A DNA stretch of 64,000 nucleotides, taken from assembly GCA_002633005.1 (NCBI GenBank), contig NMRA01000186.1, positions 351,479 to 415,478 on the forward strand, written 5' to 3'. Position numbers and translations under genes: made by a program. Origin of the DNA: Phoronis australis (Eukaryota > Animalia > Phoronida). The notes below the pieces were generated by a model. The model saw nothing but the letters and a program-made list of their open reading frames with translations, did not search any database and was not told the DNA's origin. Positions 57,081 to 64,000 of the stretch are shown in pieces; position 1 is the first letter of the stretch; each line of letters starts with the position of its first letter.

Positions 57081-60000
57081 ATATAAAAGCAAACTAAGAA
57101 GAAATCGTAATTCAGCGTGACAGCGTCAAAAAATAAAAATTAAATCTTGATTTCCGTCGGTTTAGCATTTCTTGCGAATAAAAAAGAACAGCAGAACCCA
57201 GTGACACAAACCATATTATGAAGTGCATGTAGGAAAAACGAATCAAAAAAAGTCCGCATGGTACAGCTATGAACGCAAAACAAAACAAAACAAAACAAAA
57301 CTAGGAGGGGCCACAGCAGTCGAAGTCGCCGTCAACCGTTCTCTTCACACTGAGAACGTAAACGCCAATTATCAAAATCATCCTTAGAATGGTTTAGTTG
57401 ATACAGGGACGGACGCCAAAAAAACAGACTCGAAAACAGCAAAAAATGCCCTCTTGGTGGCGCAAAATATCTCGAATCCATTCGAAAATAGGAGGATAGT
57501 ATCATCTCACAAAGACGAAAACCCGGCACAGAAATAAGTAAAAGCTTCAGAAAGCAAGCTACAAGGATTGCGTTACACCGAGTGTCACATCATTGCTTCA
57601 GATTATAAAAGTCTGTCGGTTTAAACTAACGCTAGCAACAAAAGAACGTGTACATGTACATGTAGCTATCCAGTTTTAACATATTTACGTTATTTCGTCT
57701 CGAAACCCGGAGTTAATTTTCCAGTAAGAGAACCTGTCCTATTGTCGTTAACGGAATGGTAGCGTCTACACGAGGCAGAGAAGGGAGCCTAGTACTACCA
57801 GCATAGCTTGTCCGCCGGTAACGTAATGATTACGACAAAATTGTCTTTGGTCTTTTCCAGACTTTTGTTTTCCTATCTCAGGAGCAAATAATAGACTTAT
57901 CTTTTGAGAAAATGCTATTAAAGTTTACCATCACTGTCAAAGTTGGCTCCATCTTCTGTGGCAAATAGACAAGACCAACACATCCTACACCATTGCAAAC
58001 TTTGTGATATATTCTACAAGCATATCAACTGTTACATTTTATGGGATAATTGGGAAATAACAAAGAACAGTTAAAAATACCGTCGTTTTTATGGTAAACA
58101 GAGCACAGTTCCTGGGTAGCATTTTGCATATAATAGGGATTTCCAACAAAAACTCTGCGATACTGAAAAGTCGAGGAACTGATTTAAAAACAAGCCGAAT
58201 TTTCTCTCAACGTAACGAGTAATTTTGTGCTCCAAACAAAATTCGCTGTATTTACGATTTTGCAATAAACCACCAATTCCCATCGTTGCCTGGCAGACAC
58301 TTGTTAAAACCAACAGTCTAACTTTCATATTATTACACAAGGCTTTTTTCTAGCAATGTATAATACCTCAGCGGAGACACACTCTTTTACACAAAAATGA
58401 AAAGGAAAACCAAAAATGAGCAAGTAGTCACATTTTGGAAATTCCAGGAAAGTCAGCACTGATTCGTGGAATTTGTAACCACAATATTATTCCTTGCCTT
58501 TTTTTTAGTAATAGATCAATGACACGTGGGATTTTTCTATTTCCTTTTCCCCGACGTCATGTAAAAACCCATAAAAGCCTTTCAAAACCACTCAAGTAAC
58601 TTGTTTATTTTTCAACGACAGTGAATGAACCTTAATAGGTACAATGGGTTCACGACCCAATTCAAACTCAAGAAAACTCTGATTAGATCCTGTTGGGTGC
58701 TACGAAATGTTAACCGTTTTTTTTTTTTTGGTTGCCGCTTAACCGTTCTCGAGTTATTCGATTTTTTGAGTAGCGGCTTTTGACTGCCTTTACTATTTAA
58801 ATGAATATTAAATTCTTATTCAATCAGTGTCAAAATGACGTAGCCTAGTTTACCGTTGTAAATTTAGGTTAATCTTGGTTTCTAGTCGTTCTTGCTTCCA
58901 AAGACAATTAACTTTATACGGTAGGGGTGAAGCTGAACTTCCAAAATTTGGGGCGATCTTTATGACAGTTCAATATGTTTATACCAAGAGATAGAATTGT
59001 GCCCCATGTCAATGCCATGAGCTCTCAAAACATGACTATAATCTATCCGTCCGAAACAAGCCAAGGAAGTGACCTCCCATCGCATTTACCCACGTCCGTT
59101 AATCTTAACATAAGCCACATATGCATTACCAACGTACTCCATAGTAGGACTCCCACACAATCGGTGCCGATAGCGAGGTAGTTAGGATCTCAGAACACAA
59201 CTACTGGATAGTCAACTTCGATCTAGCGCTGATAATGTTGCGCCGCGCACAAGCTTGATTTGTTTGCATTTGGTTGTTCCGGTGCTGGTTCCTGCTTGGA
59301 ATTTATAGGCACTAACTTTTCGTTACTCCGCCGTTTTTCAACTAATTTTAATAAGAGTCATATCATTAAAATGCCTCTTACCAATTATTGATGTATGATT
59401 AAATCAGAAGTAAAAGACAAATAATTTAACTCATAAATTATTATAATTTCACGTACTAGAGAGTTTTAGAGGTATTGTTTTCGATCTGAAAACCAAGAGC
59501 GTCACCAAAATGTTAAAACTAACGGGTGGAGTAGTAAAATAAAAATGAACCAGAGAGGTTATAAACGATTAGTAAAACCAGCTAGGAAACGATTTCAATG
59601 ATTGAAACATATCCCTACACAATGAAGACAAAAATTAGTGAACAAAAGTCGCCGTGAAGAATTTAGTCAGGCATTCATGCAAAATTATACGTCTTCATAT
59701 ACATGTATTAGTTGGACCACGCCGTTTGATACAATTGTTCTTCATCAAAAATTCAGGGTGCAGTGACATTTACAAAAAATGTGAAAAATAATTACTCCAA
59801 AAATAAGGAAATTTTGCTGATGAAGTTTTTCTGATGGATGAAAAATGGACAAACATCTACTATGTAGCTTTGAATTGTGTGGTGTATAGAAGTTTGATGA
59901 ACAACACAAAACAACCCCATATGATTCATTTACGCCAGGCATTTAATACGATGGATAAGCGTTGCTTATGGAAACGGTAGATTCCATGCAGTGCACCTGT

Positions 60001-60598
60001 AAAACCAGTGTCAACTCATGATATATTTTCACGTTATTTCTATGGTGTAAAATTCCACCAGTCATTTCGCCATGGGACTTGCCATTGAGACCCGTTTCAC
60101 TTTCCATTAGTTTTTCACGCACCGCCTTTATAGTCATCGTTGCCAGCCAGGGTCGTCCTCCCGAGAAATTGTTACTAGTTCCTTTGGGTGTATACCACAT
60201 CATTCTCTTCAGTATTGATCGACAATTGCGTTAATCCCTTACGAAAACCAAATATCGTCTGAATATTAAAAATTGTTTTGTCAGCCCTTTTGAATGCCGG
60301 TGACTGGGGAATTCCTCATAAAATGAAACGTTCGCTGGCTAAACTAAACCAACCAAAGTCATAGATTGATGACGTGGTTCATGACCATGCGGTCGTTACA
60401 ACTGTACGCGATTCTGGAACCGCGCCCCACACTGATTCTCAAGTGAAAGCCGCTCAGAACAACGTTGAAAGAGCAGCGGTGAAAATTTTCACGTTTTCAG
60501 AAGTGCCTGTTTTCCCTGATCGAATTGATTACGGCATTTAGTAGGAGCTTCGCCTGTTTCGTGTTTACCCAAGCTGCTGCAGCTACTAGGGAGTGCTT

Positions 60599-60681
60599 TG
60601 GCCTTTGACCTTCATAGTGTTAGTTGGAATTTCCCATCGGTCCTTAAATAGATTTCTTTTCTTAGGAAATTTCACACTTGC
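60599..60681 (+). promoter_or_regulatory. Core promoter of gene 3: DR1-type element, consensus kappaB site, TTAAATAG box
   Basis: TGGCCTTTGACCT 60599-60611, GGAATTTCCC 60626-60635, TTAAATAG 60644-60651 and TTCACACTTGC 60671-60681. Confidence 0.7.
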
Positions 60682-60702
60682 CTTGTGAGCCTTCTGATCA
60701 AG

Positions 60703-61546
60703 ATGGAAAAAAAATGCCTAGTATGTGGACAAACCTTTGAAAACCTACAAACATGGACTGAACACTGTAAAGAAACACACGGTGAGTGTATTTCTAGCAG
60801 TAAGTACTTAAGTTGAGGCTCATCGAGAACTTGCGGAAAGCGATCTTCTGCCTAAAATCGTGCATAGCGACTGGCATGCATTACCATGAAATTCGTTTTT
60901 ATTTTCATATAAGTTGCTGACTAAAAGTAGCTTTCAAATAGAGCGTACGAGCCTGCGTGCGTCCATAAATACAAATGTTGAGCTATACTGTAGGTGTGTA
61001 TATTAATCAAGCGCACAAACGCCGGTTTAATTTAATAACAAATTTTCGATTACAGGGTTTGATGACGTGTTTCTTTTAATGCAAATGGAGATGCAAAGGC
61101 AAATGAAGCAGGAAGAAGAGAAAACCAAACAGTTGGAAATTGAGAAAGAAGACGAGTTCCGCATGAAGATGCAAATGAAACAGGAAGAAGAGAAAACCAA
61201 ACAGTTGGAAATTGAGAAAGAATACGAGTACCGCATGCTGAGGCAAATGAAGTGGGAAGAAAAGAAAACCAAACAGTTGCAAAATGAGAAAGAATACGAG
61301 TTCCGCATGCATAAAAGAAAACTGGCACTTGCAGAAAAAATGAAGGCAGAAGAGAACCAACGACACCTTATGGACATCAAAGAGGAAATAATTAAACCCT
61401 ATTTACAACCAAGAAAAATAGAAATAACCACGGAGAGCAGAGGTTTGTTCACTACAGACGTGAAGACCGAAACCAGAGAAATACATCCCGACATTGCGAG
61501 TGTCTATAAGAAGTTCAACATCGCGGGTTCTTTGCCAATTACTTAG
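60703..61546 (+). CDS. ZnF-coil family gene 3, join(60703..60799,61056..61546), 195 aa: C2H2 finger + 3 x 24-aa repeats + C-terminal module
   Basis: Exon 1 encodes MEKKCLVCGQTFENLQTWTEHCKETHGECISS. A GTAAGT donor and TTACAG acceptor (phase 1) join it in frame with FDDVFLLMQ...QPRKIEITTESRGLFTT...EIHPDI. Confidence 0.88.
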
Positions 61547-63769
61547 TGAACCACACAGAATCAGTTTTGGAACCAATATATTTCTTTTTGCTTTAGCTGG
61601 TAGTTGTATGAAAAACAATACAGAGCAGACAAAAATTAATTATTTTCTATGATTCACGCTACCCAATTATTTCTGGTAACATTATATGGGCCGTCGTTTA
61701 AGATCCTCTGGAGATGTAGAATGGAGAAATATATTGCTACAAAATGAAGCACGTCTCATTCGAGCGAGTGCATAGAACAGGAGTGAAAAAAATGGAAAAC
61801 CTCGGGCTATCACTGCGAAATTCATCTTTTTCGATCAAAGAGAAAAAATTTAGTCGGGGCGTAAGAATTTCAAGGGTATAGAATTCTTTGTCAATGAATA
61901 TTTCCCCTGGCTAATGGTACACAGGAGAAAGCCGCTCATATCGATTTTGAAGGCTGCAAAGGCGTGTCCTTCAGTGAAATCTGTTTTCCTAAGTAGAGAC
62001 ACACTTTATGAAAATCTGTTGAGAACCTTTGAAGATACAGACTGGTAAACGTAAAAATTAAAATTGCCACTTGGGGGCACACCAGTAATCAGGTCCGTAC
62101 GAAAGTCCTCGTCGTCGGTTGTCAGCATCATATTAATGCACGTGCTAAATTAAAGTCTTAGTCTCAAAATGCCAATGTGGTTCCAGTATCCGAAAATACT
62201 TACCAAACAAAATCTTATTTTCAACACCCTTTCGTTATATTCTTTTCGCCTTTCGTGCCAAAAGCGATTTTTTAACAGTATTTGATCCTTCTCTGTGAGC
62301 GTATAATTACCGGCTATCATCGGTTATTTCCGTACTAACATTTCCGGCTTGTCAGTTCAGGAACTTGTCCTGAACGCCGCCATTTTTCCTTATAACTGAA
62401 TGTGCTATCGCTTGCTCGAAAAGTCTTCATTATTTTGTTTTATTAGTAATATCTCGTGATTCGTTTGCATATGTAGTGTATTTATAATTTGTAGTTAGTG
62501 TCGTTTTGAAAAAGTACTTTGCTATCATCGGAAAGGTAGTGCATTCTACTTTGTTTGGATCGCGTCGGCCATATTGGAGGTCAGCGGGATAAGTTACGAG
62601 TTTAAAACTTTGTCTAAATTGTTTTCGCAAGCAAATTTAATAATCTTAATTTGAGAAATAAGCTATGTTGGATTGTGAAGCTTCAAGCCTCCAATTCTTG
62701 TTCCTTGCAACTTCATATTTAATCATGCTTGTCAAATTCTGGTGTAAGGAAACACTATTCGGTCACCATGGTAATAGCTACATGTATGTCCACTTCCATA
62801 TCATGGAAACTTTTGCTGTTGAATAGTGTTTGTAATGCTAAATGTTGTTAAGTATTGTGCATTTTAAGTTACTTATTATGTTAAAAGGTTGCATCAGTTT
62901 GGCTTAATTAATAAAAAATTATAACATTTTGTATTGGACTTGTCATACTTATGTGCTCGAACAAGCCCCCTATTTGGAGAAATGGAAAAAGGTCTGCCTC
63001 AATCAGAGAAGCACGAACTCCAAAAAAAGTAGAAAACGAGACAATATTCCACTAGAAGACAGGAAGTACCAACATTTAGCGTCTGCATTCATAGCTCTGA
63101 ACATACCCAATGAATCTTATAGTAAAATGTAGACATTCCCAAAAATTCCATCCCCCCATTTCACTTAGGCTTGGTGCCCTCATACAAAGTCTGGGAAAAT
63201 CTCTGTTGGGCCAACAACTTTGCACAGTTCGCCAGAAGTACCCAAGTTCTAAATAAACCTCGTTTGAGCGAGCGCTGTGGTCAGCGACCAGGTAGGCCTA
63301 AGGGTAGCCTTGACGCAAAGCTGTATATGCCTACTAACAAGCTGTAGTTAGTCTTCATACTGGTAGCTGGCACTGAGGATAGCTAAGGGCTGCCGCGACA
63401 GTGTGACTCAGGACTAACCAGCCTGTATGATTTCATGCAAGTGTCTAAAACTACCTTTTGATATATGCGGCATTTATGATTTGAACAGTACTTAGACAAA
63501 ACAGCTTGCAACCGCATGCCTTTAAAGGAGAATGCCACCCGATTTAATTAGTTTTTTTTACCGTCTTAATCGGTCTATATCCACATCGCCTCTTATACGG
63601 TCGACCTCACCTTGCCGAGAGGTGTCGCTTTAACCTGTGACACACCTGTAGTCAGATCGTCCTTCGTCATTAACACCATATAAATACACTAACGAAATTT
63701 ATAATAAAGATCCCACGACGGTTTATGAGATACAGCGGCGTAGGCGCAAAAAACCAAACTGCTACTAGG

Positions 63770-63985
63770 AGGCGCCAGTGGTCGAAATCGTCGGAAAATC
63801 ATCGTCAGCCGTCCTCTTCATAATAAGACCATACACGCCAATTTTAACAATCACTCTTTGAGCGGTTTGGTTGATAGAAAGTGGGAGCAAAAACAGACTC
63901 GAAAACTGTAAAAATGGCCACTAGGTGGCGCAAAGTACGTCGAATCCATCCAAAAACGGGATCGAGGTAGCGTCATCTCACTGAA
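63770..63985 (+). repeat. Dispersed repeat, also at ~57300-57515 (likely a DNA-transposon terminus), containing a CTCF-like motif
   Basis: GGTTT(A/G)GTTGATA...AAAAACAGACTCGAAAAC...GGTGGCGCAAA...CGAATCCAT...TCATCTCAC is shared by both loci. Confidence 0.7.
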
Positions 63986-64000
63986 TTAATACCAAGTTTT

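Larger units (their letters stand above)
57525..61733 (+). repeat. Gene-bearing cassette 3 (upstream block + spacer unit E + gene 3 + 3' flank)
   Basis: Collinear with 50615-55760, with deletions relative to it (for example at ~60387). Confidence 0.9.

Noticed and set aside
61027-61380. Minus-strand F/S/C/L-rich ORFs opposite the coil exons (also 55073-55412 and 36880-37071)
   Set aside because: Antisense shadows of A/G-rich repetitive coding sequence.
62300-63135. Possible THAP or transposon gene remnant (EKWKKV, EVPTF-like peptides)
   Set aside because: The motifs lie in different frames with no convincing C2CH ligands; too weak to call.

Overview
AT-rich (roughly 37% GC by eye), repeat-dense metazoan DNA, probably a lophotrochozoan or similar marine invertebrate (inference from spliceosomal introns, L1/Tx1, CR1, Penelope and Gypsy debris and frequent TACATGTA octamers). 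It is not prokaryotic. The left third holds two intact single-exon host genes on the minus strand: a divergent VWA protein and an LRR-Ig-TM receptor with almost no cytoplasmic tail. It also holds MITEs with clear TIRs/TSDs, an L1/Tx1 LINE nested in another at a TT/AAAA site, and a decayed Gypsy element. The right half (36-62 kb) is a tandemly duplicated cluster. It carries three copies of a small two-exon gene whose first exon the ORF track misses. Exon 1 encodes one C2H2 zinc finger. Exon 2 encodes 1 or 3 copies of a 24-aa 'EEEKTKQLEIEKE' helical repeat and a conserved C-terminal 'P-K-x-T...G-W-F-S-T...E-x-x-P-D-I' module. Each copy has kappaB-like motifs just upstream of a TTAAATAG box. Five copies of a long non-coding spacer rich in Rel/IRF/STAT-like motifs lie between the genes. 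Coding exons diverge faster than adjacent non-coding DNA. This looks like an undescribed, fast-evolving, possibly immune-inducible gene family; the function is inferred, not shown.
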